NCBI RefSeq assembly: GCF_964213995.1
Contig: NW_027590121.1
Coordinates: 558,001 to 622,000, forward strand
DNA from: Mustelus asterias
Taxonomy: Eukaryota
Length of the DNA stretch: 64,000 bases
Direction of reading: 5' to 3'
A model generated the notes under the pieces. It ran no database searches. It was not told the DNA's origin and worked only from the letters and a program-made list of their open reading frames with translations. The position numbers were made by a program, and so were the translations under genes. Shown here piece after piece: positions 1 through 12,859 of the stretch. Within the stretch, counting starts at the first letter, position 1. Each line of letters opens with the position of its first letter.

Positions 1-183
1 CAGGAAGCAGTTCAGGAAATTATTGAGCTGTTGTCAGAAGGAAAACATGAGACCATAAAATATAGGAGCACAATTAAGCTATTTGGCCCATTGTGTTTGC
101 TCTGCTATTCAATCATGACTGATAAGTTTATCCATTCTCCTGCCCTTTGTAACCTTTGATCCCTTTACCAATCAAGAACCTTT

Positions 184-533
184 GGGGCGGCACGGTAGCA
201 CAGTGGTTAGCACTGCTGCTTCACAGCTCCAGGGTCCTGGGTTCGATTCCCGGCTCGGGTCACTGTCTGTGTGGAGTTTGCACATTCTCCTCGTGTCTGC
301 GTGGGTTTCCTCCAGGTGCTCCGGTTTCCTCCCACAGTCCAAAGATGTGCGGGTTAGGTTGATTGGCCAGGTTAAAAAAAAAATTGCCCCTTAGAGTCCT
401 GAGATGCGTAGGTTAGTGGGATTAGTGGGTAAATATGTGGGGGTAGGGCCTGGGTGGGATTGTGGTCGGTGCAGACTCAATGGGCCGAATGGCCTCCTTC
501 TGCACTGTAGGGTTTCTATGATTCTATGATTTC
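184..533 (+). mobile_element. HE1/V-SINE-like tRNA-derived SINE, full length
   Basis: tRNA-like head (TAGCACAGTGG A box, GGTTCGATTCC B box), central TGTGTGGAGTTTGCACATTCTC...GGGTTTCCTCC domain, CR1-like tail ending in CTATGATT repeats; near-identical copy at 61182. Confidence 0.9.
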
Positions 534-689
534 TATCTCTTTTAAATGTACTCAATGACCTTGCCATCACAGTCTTCTATGGCACTGAATTCCACAGATT
601 CACCACCCTCTGGCTGAAGAAATTCATGACAAACGCATCAGAGAAAAAGGAATAGAAAGATCAGCTGAAAGACTGAGATGTGGTAGATA

Positions 690-1007
690 GAATTTATAGC
701 ATTCCTACAATGTAGAAGGAGGCCATTTGGCCCATTGAGTCTGCACCAACCATAATCCCACCCTGACCCTATACTCATAACCCCACTTATTTACCCTGGT
801 AGTCCCCCTGACAGTAAGGGACAATTTAGCATGGACAATCATCCTAACCTGCACATACTTGGACTGAGGGGGCAAACCGGAGCACCCAAAGGAAATCCAC
901 ACAGACACGGGGAGAATGTGCAAACTCCACACAGACAGTCACCTAAGGCTGGAATCAATCCCAGGTCCCTGGTATGTGAGGCAGCAGTGCTAACCATTGT
1001 GCCGCCC
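690..1007 (-). mobile_element. HE1/V-SINE-like SINE
   Basis: Reverse complement of the same head, central domain and tail. Confidence 0.85.
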
Positions 1008-1427
1008 ATGATGGGACAGGAGGAGACGTGTGTCGAGTATAAACAACAGCAGGTTAGTTGGACCAAATGGACTGTTTGTGTCTGATAAGTTTGAAGTAAT
1101 TCAATTTAAACTCCTTTCGCAGAATATTTGCAGATTGGAAATTCAAACTGAATATCATGTCAAGATTGGTCAGAGTCACTTGATTCATCAGGAGCTGATC
1201 ATCATCAGCCTATGAATGTGGAAGGAGAAATGTTGTCTGTTTTGTCTTTGGGAAATGATTCAAATATCAGTGTGACTGGAAAAGCACCGCATCTAAGCGA
1301 TTTTCCGCAGTTTTCTGGAACAGAGCTTTAACCAGTCACACAGCATGAAAAGAAACTGCACATTTACATCAGGAGACACCTTACTCGTGTTGTGTTTGTG
1401 GATCAGGCTTCAACTGATTACCATATG

Positions 1428-1502
1428 TGGGGAGCTGCCCCTTTTACTTTGTCCTGATTTAATCTGAGTTTGTTTACTTGGTTTGGTTTGACCTAAAAAG
1501 AG
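1428..1502 (+). mobile_element. Tx1-like LINE 3' terminus (75 bp)
   Basis: Matches about 43477-43551, the 3' UTR end of the Tx1-like ORF2, ending GACCTAAAAAGAG. Confidence 0.85.
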
Positions 1503-1625
1503 GACAAGGAACAGCAACAGGCCATTCGGCCCCACGAGCCTGCTCTGCCATTTAATAACATCATGGCTGATCTGATAGTGACTTCAAATCTCACCCCACC
1601 TACACCCAATAACCTGTCGTTAACC

Positions 1626-2282
1626 ATGGAGAAACCATGGAAATGTGGAGACTGTGGGACGGGATTTAATTACCCGTCTGAATTGGAAACTCATCGACGT
1701 ATTCACACTGGGGAGAGACCGTTCACCTGTCCTGTGTGTGGGAAAGGCTTCACTCGGTCATTCAGCCTGTACACACACCAGCATGTCCATACTGGTGAGA
1801 GGCCATTTACTTGTCTTCAATGTGGGAAGGGATTTAATGCTTTATCAAACCTCCGGACTCACCACCAGGTTCACTCTGATCAGAGACCGTTTAAATGTTG
1901 TGAGTGTGGGAAGAGCTTTAAAAGCAGAAAGGATTTATTGATTCACCAACGCACTCTCACTGGGGAGAGGCCATTCATCTGCTCCGTGTGTGGGAAGAGA
2001 TTCACTCAGTCATCCCACCTCCTGACACACCAAAGTGTTCACACTGATCAGAGACCATTTGAATGTTCTGACTGTGAAAAGAGATTTAAAAGTAAACAGA
2101 ATCTGCTGATACACCAGCGAGTTCACACTGGGGAAAGGCCGTTCAACTGCTCCATGTGTGGGAAGGGATTCACTCAGTCAAACAACCTGCTGAAACACCA
2201 GCAAGTTCACAGGCAACAGCAAGGGTTGGATTCCGCTGTTATTGCTGGAGTCCTATGGACCCGGACCCCAAGGTCCTTCTGA
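1626..2282 (+). CDS. C2H2 zinc-finger protein, 7 fingers (ZNF-1)
   Basis: MEKPWKC start in ACCATGG context; CxxC..HxxxH repeats with TGERP linkers; finger 4 has H to L; in-frame upstream ATG at 1563 lies in an antisense CR1 tail. Confidence 0.8.
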   Translation: MEKPWKCGDCGTGFNYPSELETHRRIHTGERPFTCPVCGKGFTRSFSLYTHQHVHTGERPFTCLQCGKGFNALSNLRTHHQVHSDQRPFKCCECGKSFKSRKDLLIHQRTLTGERPFICSVCGKRFTQSSHLLTHQSVHTDQRPFECSDCEKRFKSKQNLLIHQRVHTGERPFNCSMCGKGFTQSNNLLKHQQVHRQQQGLDSAVIAGVLWTRTPRSF

Positions 2283-2289
2283 TCCTCTA

Positions 2290-2860
2290 CATGATGTTGG
2301 AGCTTGTTACTCATAACTCGAGTCCTGTGTGCTGTTCTGTTTGGAACACTATAGGAAGGATGTGATTGCATCAGAAAGGGTGCACAGGAGATTCACCAGG
2401 ATGTTGCCTGGGCTGGACCATTTCAACTATGAAGAGTGGCTGGTTAGGCTGAGGTTGTTTTCCTTAGAGCAGAGAAGGCTGAGGGGTGACCTGACTGAGG
2501 TGTACAAGATTATGAGGAATATAAATCAGGTAAATTGAAAGGAACTTTTCCCCTTTGTAGAGGGGTCAATAACCAGGGAGATAGATTTAAGTTAAGGGGC
2601 AGGAGGTTTAGAGTGGAGTGGAGGAATAACCTTTCACTCAGAGGGTGGTGGGAATCTGGAACTCTCTGTCTGAAAGGGTGGTAGAGGCAAGAATCCTCAC
2701 AATATTTAAGAAGCATTTAGATGAGCAGGTGAAACACCGTAGTATTCAAGGCTATGAACCAATTACTGGAAATGGGATTAGAATAGATAGGTGCTTGCTG
2801 GCCGGCACAGACATGATGGGCCAAAGGGCCTCTTTCTATGCTGTAAAACTCTATGATGCT
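2290..2860 (+). mobile_element. CR1 LINE 3' fragment
   Basis: HYRKDV..ERVHRRFTRMLPG..LFSLEQRRLRGDL motif and CR1 3' tail. Confidence 0.85.
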
Positions 2861-3289
2861 AAATGGAGGGAATTTCTGTGCATCCAGAATAAGATGCCAG
2901 ATAAGTCAGGGTGATGTGTGACTTGAAGGGAATTTTGGAGGGATGATGTTCACATACACCTACTACCCTGGTCCTCCTCGGTGGTGGAGGTTCGTTTATT
3001 TGTAAGTAAATAAAATTCCCTCCCGTCACCCCATGCTGCTCCACTTCTCACCCTCTCCCTCCCCTCCCATAGAGAAGAGCCTGGTGTCAGTCCAGAAAAG
3101 GTGGTAGGTTCCCCGACCAGTGAACCAGTTGAGTTTTTCACAACAATGTCAGTTTTCATGGTCACATTTTTCTAGTGTCTGCCCCACAAATGACCAAATT
3201 TGTTCAGCTCGATTTCACAGCCTGCTTTTGCGGCTTGTCTCTCATTCCCTTTTCTCGGTTTTGAAATAATTTCACATGGCAATTGGAAG

Positions 3290-4310
3290 GAAGGATTTGC
3301 TGTTGGAAAACTCAAACTAAACATCACATCAGAATCTGATGGAGTCGCCCAATTTATCCAAACCTGAAATCATTGTGTTGTAAACATGGAAGGAGAAAGT
3401 ACCATTCACTGTGGGGAGAAACCGTACGTGTGTTCTGTGTAGATGAGGCTTCAGCTGACTGTGGAACCTGGAGAGACACAGGACACCCACAGCATGGAGA
3501 AACTGTGGAAATGTGAGGACTCTGGGAAGGGATTCAGTTACTCAGTTATACTGCAAACTCATCAGTGCGTTCACACTGGGGAGAGGCCATTTAGCTGCAC
3601 CGAGTGTGGGAAGAGCATCGCAAATTCAACCAACCTGCTGAGACACCAGCTCGTTCACACTGGGGAGAGGCCATTCACTTGCACTGAATGTGGGAAGGAA
3701 TTCACTCATTCATCACATCTGTTGAGACACCAACGAGTTCACACTGCGGAGAGACCTTTTAAATGCATGGACTGTGGGAAAGGCTACAAAAGTTCTGGGA
3801 ACTGAAGCGCCATCAGCATGTTTCACACTGACATGAGACCATTCAGGTGCTCTCATTGTGGGACTGGGTTCACACAATCATCCGACCTCACTGTACACCA
3901 GTGGATTCACACTGGGGAGAGGCCGTTCACCTGCAGAGAGTGTGGGAAGGGATTTGCTCAGATGTCCACTCTGCCGACACACCAGTGGATTCACACTGGG
4001 AAGAGACCATTCACCTGCTCTGAGTCTGGAAAGGGATTCATTAATTCATCCCACCTGCTAACGCACCAGCAGATCCACACTGATGAGACTGAACTGCGGA
4101 AAGTGCAACAAAAGTTCCAGGGAACTGCTGTCCCATCAACGAGTCCACACTGACTAGAGACAATCCAAGTGTTGTCATTTTGGTCTGAGTTCAGGTAACC
4201 TCTTCCCACTGTACACCAGTGCATTGACACTGAGGAGAGAATGTTCACTCCCTCTGAATGTGGGAAGAGAGTCACTCATTCGTCCCATCCGCTGAGATCC
4301 AGTGATTTCA
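3290..4310 (+). pseudogene. C2H2 ZNF pseudogene (ZNF-2)
   Basis: SMEKLWKC start at 3494, stop at 3803-3805, Cys to Ser substitutions, degenerate and frameshifted distal fingers; AATAAA at about 4442. Confidence 0.8.
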
Positions 4311-5141
4311 GAAATAACTACATTGATTGTATTTTACTTTTAATCACAACCAGTACTGAATCGCATTCTTTGGGTCTGTTTCTACTGCTGATGATAAACT
4401 CCAGGCCAGTTGTATGTTTTTAATCTTCTGGTTAAAAGTTAAATAAATCAGCTGTATGTTAAGCTGAGTGTCAATCTTTTTGATATCTCCAATATGTTAG
4501 GAGCTTTTGAGATGCTCTGCCCATTCCCTCTTTCCTCCATCCTCACTTCTAATAACAAGTGTAAGCAGCTCATAGAGCTTCTTTAAGATTGAGAACATCC
4601 AATGAATTACCTCTACTACCTCCAACAGCCCACCAGAAAAATACTGCTTCTAAAGTTCCTCATTGTCTGAGCTCTGAACCTGTATCTTCCTCTGGGTTCT
4701 GTCACCATTTAATTGGGACCATCAGTGGTGGTGTTTTTAACCCAGCATTCCCCATGGTTGAGAGTATCCCCTTTCCACAGCACAGGAGAGCAGTGGGCAG
4801 GCCTGGTTCTGCCCTGTGTTTGGAGCATCCACAGTGTCAGCCATGACTATGAACAGACATTTCTCTCTCGGATCCACGATGGGTAAAAGGTGGGATGGTG
4901 GGAGCAATGGATTTGGTGGTGGATAGAGATTCTCCAGATACCTGTTGTGTAAACTGCAAATCCCAAATGAGAAGCGACTGAGTTGACACAAGGGGAATTA
5001 TCCTGGTGACAAAGCTGGAGCAGGAGGAGAGAATGTTGTGAATTTCTATCCTGGATGGATTTCGAAAACTCCTTTGACGGGGAGTTAGAAGGGGAGGATT
5101 TACACACGGCAATCTCAAACTAAAGAAAGGCTCATCTCTAC

Positions 5142-5397
5142 AGGGTGGCACAGTGGTTAGCACTGCTGCCTCACTGTCAGTGTGGAGTTTGCACATTCCA
5201 CCTGTGACTTTAGGGGTTTTCTCCAGGTGCTCTGTTTTCGTCCCACAGTCAAAAGATGTGCAGGTTAGAGGATTAGCGGGGTAAACGCGTGCAGTTGCTG
5301 GCGCTGGGCCTAGGAAAGATGTTCTTTTGCAGAGTCAGTGCAGACTCGTTGGGCTGAATGGCCTCCTTCTACACTGTAGGGAATTCTATGATTCTTC
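5142..5397 (+). mobile_element. HE1/V-SINE-like SINE with internal deletion
   Basis: Head fused directly to central domain; tail CTATGATTC. Confidence 0.8.
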
Positions 5398-6029
5398 GGA
5401 TACAGGTCTTCAAATGGGATGGACAGGTAGATATGGACAGAATGTTTCCACTGTGATACACAGTAAATAGTAGTAAATCCAACCACTTAAACCCAGACAC
5501 CAAATCCAGAGACCACTTACACCATGACATCAAACTCAAGGACCACTTACAACGAGACACCAAATTTAAGTAGCAATAAAAGGACATCTAAGCAAGCAGC
5601 CAATGTCACAATAAAATAAAGCTGCTTACAAACTGCGGAGAACATGTTCTAAAAAAATACATTTCTTAAAGGCACACGAGCGTCACTTTCTTGAAAACAT
5701 AAAGGGTGCAATCTTCCCCAACAAAAGTTCTATTTGTCAAAAGAGTCTGACGAGTTTGGCACTGCAATCTTCCCAAACTCTGTCAATTTCTTTAGCAATT
5801 GGGAGATTTGTGTCCATGGGGGAGCGGGTGGTGTGGAGCTTTTGCATGCCAGGGAAGCCATCAAAATCAACGATGACAATTGCAAAGATCAGAACATTTC
5901 AAAGGCTCTCACATGCAGTACGTGTGGTGGAGATTCCAAAAGGGTTAATTGAGCCAGAAAATAACAGATTTCTTCTGCAATATCGTTCTACAATGGGTCG
6001 TTCACAGGAACTCCAGATGTGTGTAAAGT

Positions 6030-7229
6030 GAAACACATTGATGAAAGGAAAGCGGTAGATGCAGTTTATATGGATTTCAGCAAGGCGTTCGATAAGGTCC
6101 CCCATGCAAGGCTTCTAGAAAAAGTGAGAGGGCACGGGATCCAAGGGGCTGCTGCCCTGTGGATCCAGAAATGGCTTGCCCAAAGGAGGCAGAGAGTGGG
6201 TATAGATGGGTTTTTTTCTAAATGGAGGTCGGTCACCAGTGGTGTGCCGCAGGGATCAGTTCTGGGACCCTTGCTGTTTGTCATTTTCATAAATGACTTG
6301 GATGAGGAAGTGGAGGGATGGGTTGGTAAGTTTGCTGACGACACGAAGGTTGGTGGGGTTGTGGATAGTCTGGAGGGATGTCAGACGTTACAGAGGGACA
6401 TAGATAGGATGCAAGACTGGGCGGAGAAGTGGCAGATGGGCTTCAACCCAGATAAATGCGTAGTGGTCCATTTTGGCAGGTCAAATGGGATGAAGGAGTA
6501 CAATATAAAGGGAAAGACTCTTAGTACTGTAGAGGATCAGAAGGATCTTGGGGTCCGGGTCCATGGGACTCTAAAATCGGCCCCGCATGTGGAGGAGGTG
6601 GTTAAGAAGGCGTATGGTGTGCTGGCCTTTATCAATCGAGGGATTGAGTTTAGCAGTCCGGGGATAATGATGCAGCTATATAAGACCCTCATCAGACCCC
6701 ACTTGGAGTACTGTGCTCAGTTCTGGTCGCCTCATTACAGGAAGGATGTGGAAAAGATTGAAAGGGTGCAGAGGAGATTTACAAGGATGTTGCCTGGATT
6801 GAGTGGCATGCCTTATGAGGATAGCCTGAGGGAGCTCGGTCTTTTCTCCTTGGAGAGACGTAGGATGAGAGGAGACCTAATAGAGGTATATAAGATGTTG
6901 AGAGGCATAGATCGGGTGGACTCTCAGAGGCTTTTTCCCAGGGTGGAAATGGCTGCTACGACAGGACACAGGTTTAAGGTGCTGGGGTGTAGGCACAGGG
7001 GAAATGTTAGGGGGAAGTTTTTCATACAGAGGGTGGTGGGTGAGTGTAATCGGCTACCGTCAGTGGTGGTGGAGGCAAACTCAATAGGGTCTTTTAAGAG
7101 ACTCCTGGATGAGTAGATGGGACTTAATAGGATGGAGGGCTATGGGTAGGCCTAAAAGGTAGGGATATGTTCGGCACAACTTGTGGGCCGAAGGGCCTGT
7201 TTTGTGCTGTAGTTTTCTATGTTTTCTAT
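6030..7229 (+). mobile_element. CR1 (HER1-like) LINE, 5'-truncated, open RT C-terminal ORF
   Basis: ORF 6019-7116 with [19 protein letters not shown] and FADD; tail TTCTATG repeats. Confidence 0.95.
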
Positions 7230-7397
7230 TACAGTTCAATTTGTCACACCCAAAAGTAGAACACGCAAACAGAACAAGCTTGTGGTTTCTTTTCTTCTTC
7301 TCCTGTCTGAGAGAAGAAGCAAAAACCGTGTTAAATATTAATCTCTGAGCTCGATATCCAGGTCAAAGCTTCTGGTATAAGATTTCTTATGAGTTTA

Positions 7398-7700
7398 GGG
7401 GCACCCAGTGGCGAAGTAATATTGAACAAGTAATCCAGAAACCCAAAGTCATGTTCTGGGGACCTGGGTTCAAATCCCACCATAGCAGATGGTGGAATTT
7501 GAATTCAATAACAAAAAAATCCAGAAATAAACTTTTAATGAAACCAATGCCGATTGTCATAAAAAACTCTTGTCCTTTAGGGAAGGAAATCTGCCACCCT
7601 TACCCGGTATGTTCCATGTGTGACTCCAGATCCACAGCGATGTGGGTCTTTAAATGGTCCAGCAAGCCATTCAGTTCAAGGGCAATTAGGTTTGAGCAAT
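7398..7700 (+). mobile_element. Deu-domain (SacSINE1-like) tRNA SINE
   Basis: GGTTCAAATCCC B box, CTTTAGGGAAGGAAATCTGCC core; paralogous to 38682 and 46300. Confidence 0.7.
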
Positions 7701-8050
7701 GAGTATGGACAGAGTAAATAGTCAGAAACTGCTCCCACTCAAGAGAGCACCAAGAACTAGGGCACAGATTCAAAGGATTTAGCCAAGGAGTAAGAGTGAT
7801 GTGAGTAAAAATGTTTCACTCAGAGGTTGGTTGGAGTCTGGAACAAATTCACTGAGAAGGTTGTGGAGGCAGGTTCTATCGAGGTATTGAAAAGAAAATT
7901 AGATTGCTATCCGAAAAGAAAGAATGTGCAATGTTACGGGAATAAGGCAGGGAAGTAGCACTGGGTATAATGCCCTTTCAGAGACCCAGGACAGACTCAA
8001 TGGGCTGAATGATGTCCTTCTGCGCTGTGAGGATTCTGTGTTTCTGTCAG
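7700..8050 (+). mobile_element. old CR1 3' fragment
   Basis: TTCACTCAGAGG..TGGAAC motif and GGGCTGAATG tail. Confidence 0.65.
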
Positions 8051-8521
8051 CACAGACCCCACATCATCAGCATTGGAACTGAAACTCCCATCATTACATC
8101 AACACCAGAACCACGATGGAATTTCAGAAAACTGGGAAATCTTCCAAAAGGCAATTGATACCAACATCAGGTGGGTTCACCAAGCACCCAATGTCTTCAA
8201 TAGATTGATAGGATTGATGAAAGTTCAGAGTTTAATCTGGGAGAAGATGAATCAGAGAACAGAAATAATCTTGAGCAAGAAAAGGCCCAAATAATGGCAC
8301 TGTCAAAAACAGGAGATCAATCATTCTCCTCTTATTATTGGAGAAATCCAAAACACTGTGTTTGAATCAAAGCTGATTTAATCAACATTTACAAACAACA
8401 TCACTGCACACACCAGCTTTCATGCTTATTAATATCAGCAGCAACAAACTCCAACTGTCAGAATGAACATGGTTCAGTCCTGGATGTGATTAACAGCAGA
8501 TTCTAAATCCAATCCCTTCCG

Positions 8522-9391
8522 TTACTTGTGAACTCGCTGGTGCCTCAGCTGTGTGGATGAACGACTGAATCTCTTTCCACACACTGAGCAAGGAAATGGC
8601 CTCTCCCCGGTGTGAACCCGCTGGTGTGTCAGCAGGGTGGACGACTGAGTGAATCCCTTCCCACACACTGAGCAGGTGAACGGCCTCTCCCCAGTGTGAC
8701 TCCTTTGGTGATTAAGTAGGTTGGACATCCAAGTGAAGCCTTTCCTACAGAAAAAGCAGGTGAAGGGCCTCTCCCTGGTGTGAGTGAGTTGGTGCATCAG
8801 CAGATCCATCTGGCTTTTAAAGTACTTCTCACAGTCAGGACATTTAAACAGTCTCTTATCAGTATGAACAAGTTGGTGTGTCAGTAGGTCGAATGAACAG
8901 GTAAATCCCTTCCCACACACGGAGCAGGGGAACAGTCTCTCCCCAGTGTGAGTGCGTTTATGATTCAACAGATCATTTTTCCTTTTATAGTTTTTCTCTC
9001 AGTCAGAACATTGGAAAGGTCTCTCCTCACTGTGGATTCGATGGTGTGACAGGAGGTGGGATGGGTTTGTGAAGTCTTTCCCACAGACGGAGCAGGTGAA
9101 TGGTCTCTCCCCAGTGTGAACACGCCGGTGTCTTAGAAGGTGGGATGATTTAGTGAATCCTTTCTGACACACAGAGCAAGTGAATGGCCTCTCCCCAGTG
9201 TGACTGCGGTGGTGAATATGTAACTCAGATGGGTAATCAAATCCCTTCCCACAGTCTCCACATTTCCACGGTTTCTCCCCAGTGGGACAACACTTGTGTT
9301 TTGACAGGTTTGATGAGCGACTGAAACCTCGTCCACACACAGAACATGTAAACACCTTCTCCCCATTGTGAACGGTGCTTTTTGATTCCAT
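8522..9391 (-). pseudogene. C2H2 ZNF, 10 fingers, with one in-frame TGA (ZNF-3)
   Basis: ORFs 8999-9391 and 8522-8968 are in the same frame; TGA at 9001-8999 replaces the second Cys of finger 5; acceptor-like site at about 9499. Confidence 0.8.
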
Positions 9392-9904
9392 GTTCAGAAG
9401 TCGATGATGTTCAGGCCCTGATGAATTGGGTGTCTGTCAGATCCTGATGTGATGTTTGATCTGAGTTTCCCACCTACAAATCATCCTCTTCTAATATGCT
9501 GTAAAATTAATTCAAAAAGGAGAAAAAAACAGTGATAAACACAAAGGTAGGTTGTGAAATTGAGCTGAATGAATCCGGTAATTTGTGGAGCCGGCACAAG
9601 GAAAAAGTGACCACGAAAGCTGCTGGATTGTGATTAAAAACTCAAATGGTTTGCAAATGTCCTTCAATTCAGGAAACCTGCCACCCAGTCCAGATCTACA
9701 CAAGAATTCAACCTTAATGGGAGGAGAAAGTTAGAGATGAAACAGGGAGGGAATGAACGGTAAGGACTTTATACATCTACAACTGGACAAGAACTTTGAC
9801 AGAACCTGCCAAACCACAACCTTCACCAACTCAAAGGATGCAGGAAAACTATCACCTCCAAATGTCGCTTTCAATCTCAAAACAACTTGTAATCCTGAGG
9901 TAAC

Positions 9905-10122
9905 CTGTAACCTCCTGCATTTAAGGGGCAATTTAGCCTGGCCAATCCGCCTAACCTGCACACCTTTGGGGTGTGGGAGGAAACCGGAGCACCTAAAGGA
10001 AACTCATGCAGTCACAAGGAGAACTTGCAAACTCCACACAGTCACCCAAAGCTGGAATTGAACCCGGGTCCCTGGTGCTGTGAAACAGCAGTGTTGACCA
10101 CTGTGCCACCCTGTGCCACTGT
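9905..10122 (-). mobile_element. HE1/V-SINE-like SINE
   Basis: Reverse-complement head and central domain. Confidence 0.8.
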
Positions 10123-10479
10123 ACTATTGTTGCTCAGAAATAAGTTTTAGGATTTTGGCCGAGTGATTGTGAAAGCAGTATACTACCAAGTCAGAATAGT
10201 GTGTGATTTTGAAGAGTAAATGCAGGTAGTGGGGTTTCCACGGACAAAATGCCCTTATCCATGTTGGAGAAGAGGTTTGTAGTTTTGGAAGCTGCTGTCA
10301 AAGGAGGTTTAGCCAATTGCTGGTAATTCTAGTAATGTCCATGTTCCAATTATTAATTTGAAAATTTTCTAAATGTAAATTTAATGAAAATCCCCAACAG
10401 AACTACTTTTTCCTTACTTGAAACACAGCTTTAAATGGTCCGTTTGGTTCTAGATTCAGTTCCATGAGCAATGCCTTCA

Positions 10480-10610
10480 AATAAACAAAACCAAACTCTG
10501 CAGCTGCTGGAAATCTGAAATGAAAAGAGAAAATGTTGGAAATACTCATCAGGTTAGACAGCATCTATGGAGACAGAAACAGAGTTAATGTTTGCAGTCA
10601 CCGACGCTTC
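10480..10610 (-). mobile_element. Penelope-like terminal fragment
   Basis: Reverse complement of the TCTCCACAGATGCTG..ACCTG..TTTCAGATTTCCAGCA terminus seen at 28130 and 31390. Confidence 0.65.
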
Positions 10611-10949
10611 TCTAATAAAACACATACCAATAGCTGCTGTTTAATGGGGCCGTGGATCCCACAATCCCCTGTGCCCCAGAAACAGCTCTATCCATCACAC
10701 ACATTTCCCATTATGACACTTCTATGTCAAGAGGGCGAGCTGTTTAAAAGTCATTAAGTTCCATTTTTGTGTGTTGATGTTCATTAAAGATAAGGATCGA
10801 TTTCCCCCTCATTATGTATCAATTTCAGATACTTCGGTTGAGAATTTCCATTCCCCTACTTTCTGGTGGATAATGAATGCCTTGAGTACTTAGATTACAG
10901 TATAATTTGATTCCTAATTTTATTGACTGCACCTCTATCCCTAATTTTC

Positions 10950-11420
10950 ACATCGCAGCAAAAAAAGCTCACTGTTCACAAATGAGGAGTTTCGATGGCG
11001 TGCGCTTTACCCACCATTCCTCGCGGTGGAGAATGTCCCCTATCCACAGCACGGGAGCGTTGTGTATGCGCAGTCAGGCAGTGTGTGGCGCATGCGTAGC
11101 GTGGATGACGGCAATGGGGAGCGACATTCCTCTGTCTCATCAGCAACCGGTAAGGATGCGGATACATGGAGGAAGGATTGGAACCGGCAGATGGACGGAG
11201 AGGGTTTCTAAATATCTGCTGAAGGTCTCAAACCTCTAATAGTAATCCGCAGGTCCCGTGTTTGCAGCTTCAGGTCTTTTTCCCGGGACGAGGCTCAGGT
11301 TAACAGCCGCCATCTTGATTCAGCAGGGAGCGGAGCGCATGCGCCGGTGTCTTGGTGACGCAACAGTGAGTGGGTGGGGCTTCAGCGTTTTCTGCTCCCA
11401 ACTGGGTCCTAGTGACCGGA
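10950..11420. promoter_or_regulatory. CpG-rich, probably bidirectional promoter/exon 1 between ZNF-3 and ZNF-4
   Basis: CpG enrichment, NRF1-type GCGCATGCG at about 11088 and 11336, YY1-type GCCGCCATCTT 11306-11316, donor CCG|GTAAGG at about 11150; paralog at 33190-33620. Confidence 0.65.
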
Positions 11421-11519
11421 TTTAACAGCAAACTGAGCAACAGGTTTTAAACACCCACTCCCAGGCTGCAGCCAATGTTTGCAGCCTTGAGGAATCCATG
11501 GGCCATGTACATACTCCAG

Positions 11520-12520
11520 AAGTTGTTTATTCCTGTTTGGCGCAAGAGTGGTAAGGGAATTGTGGCCAAGCCATGGCTTACAAGGGAAATTAGAGATAGT
11601 ATCAGATTCAAGGAAGAAGCATACAAATCGGCAAGAAAAAGCAATAGGCCCGAGGATTGGGAGCAGTTTAAAATTCAGCAAAGGAGGACCAAGGGATTGA
11701 TTAAAAAGGGAAAAATGGAGTATGAAAGTAAGCTAGCAGGGAACATAAAAACTGACTGTAAAAGTTTCTGTCGATAAAGAGAAAAAGATTGACAAAAACA
11801 AATGTTAGAAATGGGAGAATTCATAACGGGGAATAAAGAAATGGCCGACGAATTAAATTTGTACTTTGCTTCAGTCTTCACAAAGGAAGACGTGAATAAT
11901 GGACCAGATGTGCTGAGAGAAACATGTTTTAGTCAGGGGCTGAAGGAAATCAGCATCAGTCGAGAAATGGTTTTGGGGAAATTGATGGGATTGAAGGTGG
12001 ATAAATCTCCAGGTCCAGATAATCTTCATCCCAGAGTACTTAAGGAAGTGACCCTGGAAATAGTAAATCCATTGGTGGTTATTTTCCAAAATTCTTTGGA
12101 CACTGGAATAGTTCCTGCAGATTGGAGGGTAGCTAATGTAAGCCCACTATTCAAAAAGGGAGGGAGAGAGAAAACAGGGAACGAGAGACCAGTGAGCCTA
12201 ACATCGGTACTGGGGAAGTTGCAGGTGTCTATTATCAAGGATTTCACAACTCGGCATTTGGAAGGTAGTGGTATAATCAGACAAAGACAGCATGGATTTA
12301 CAAAAGGGAAATCATGTTTGATGAATCTATTGGAATTTTGTAAGGATGTAAGTAGTAGAGTTGGCCGAGAAGAACCAGTGGATGTGGTTTATTTAGACTT
12401 TCAGAAGGCTTTCGACAAGGTCTCACATAACAGACTATTTTGTAAAGTTAAAGCACATGGGATGCTGATAATGTCTTGAGATGGATAGAAAACTGGTGAG
12501 CAGATAGGAAACAAGAGCTG
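11520..12520 (+). mobile_element. CR1 LINE ORF2 internal fragment
   Basis: PWLTREIRDSI, KSPGPDNLHPRVLKE, LDFQKAFDKV. Confidence 0.9.
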
Positions 12521-12859
12521 ACATAAATGAGTCTTTTCCATGGTGCTGGTGTCCTTGTGTCTCTCTCGGTTAAACAATCTGTTCAAGCCTTGTCGACACA
12601 AAGAACTTGTGTATTGTTTCTCAGTGAGGGAATCAAGGTTTATGGGGCAAGGTGGAAAAGTGGAGTTGGGGATTATATCAGATCAGCCATGATCTTATTG
12701 AATGAGATCAAACAGTGTCATCACTGATCAGTCAAGAGGTGTTGTGGACCAGGCCCAATTTAAGATTATTAATTAGACTCACAATGTGGCTCACTTATGC
12801 TGACTAGAAGATCCATATATCCCGACTCGGGGTCTGGTTCACTCCAGGCAAAAGCAACT

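Noticed and set aside
184-260. tRNA-like sequences
   Set aside because: SINE heads continuing into the SINE body, not tRNA genes
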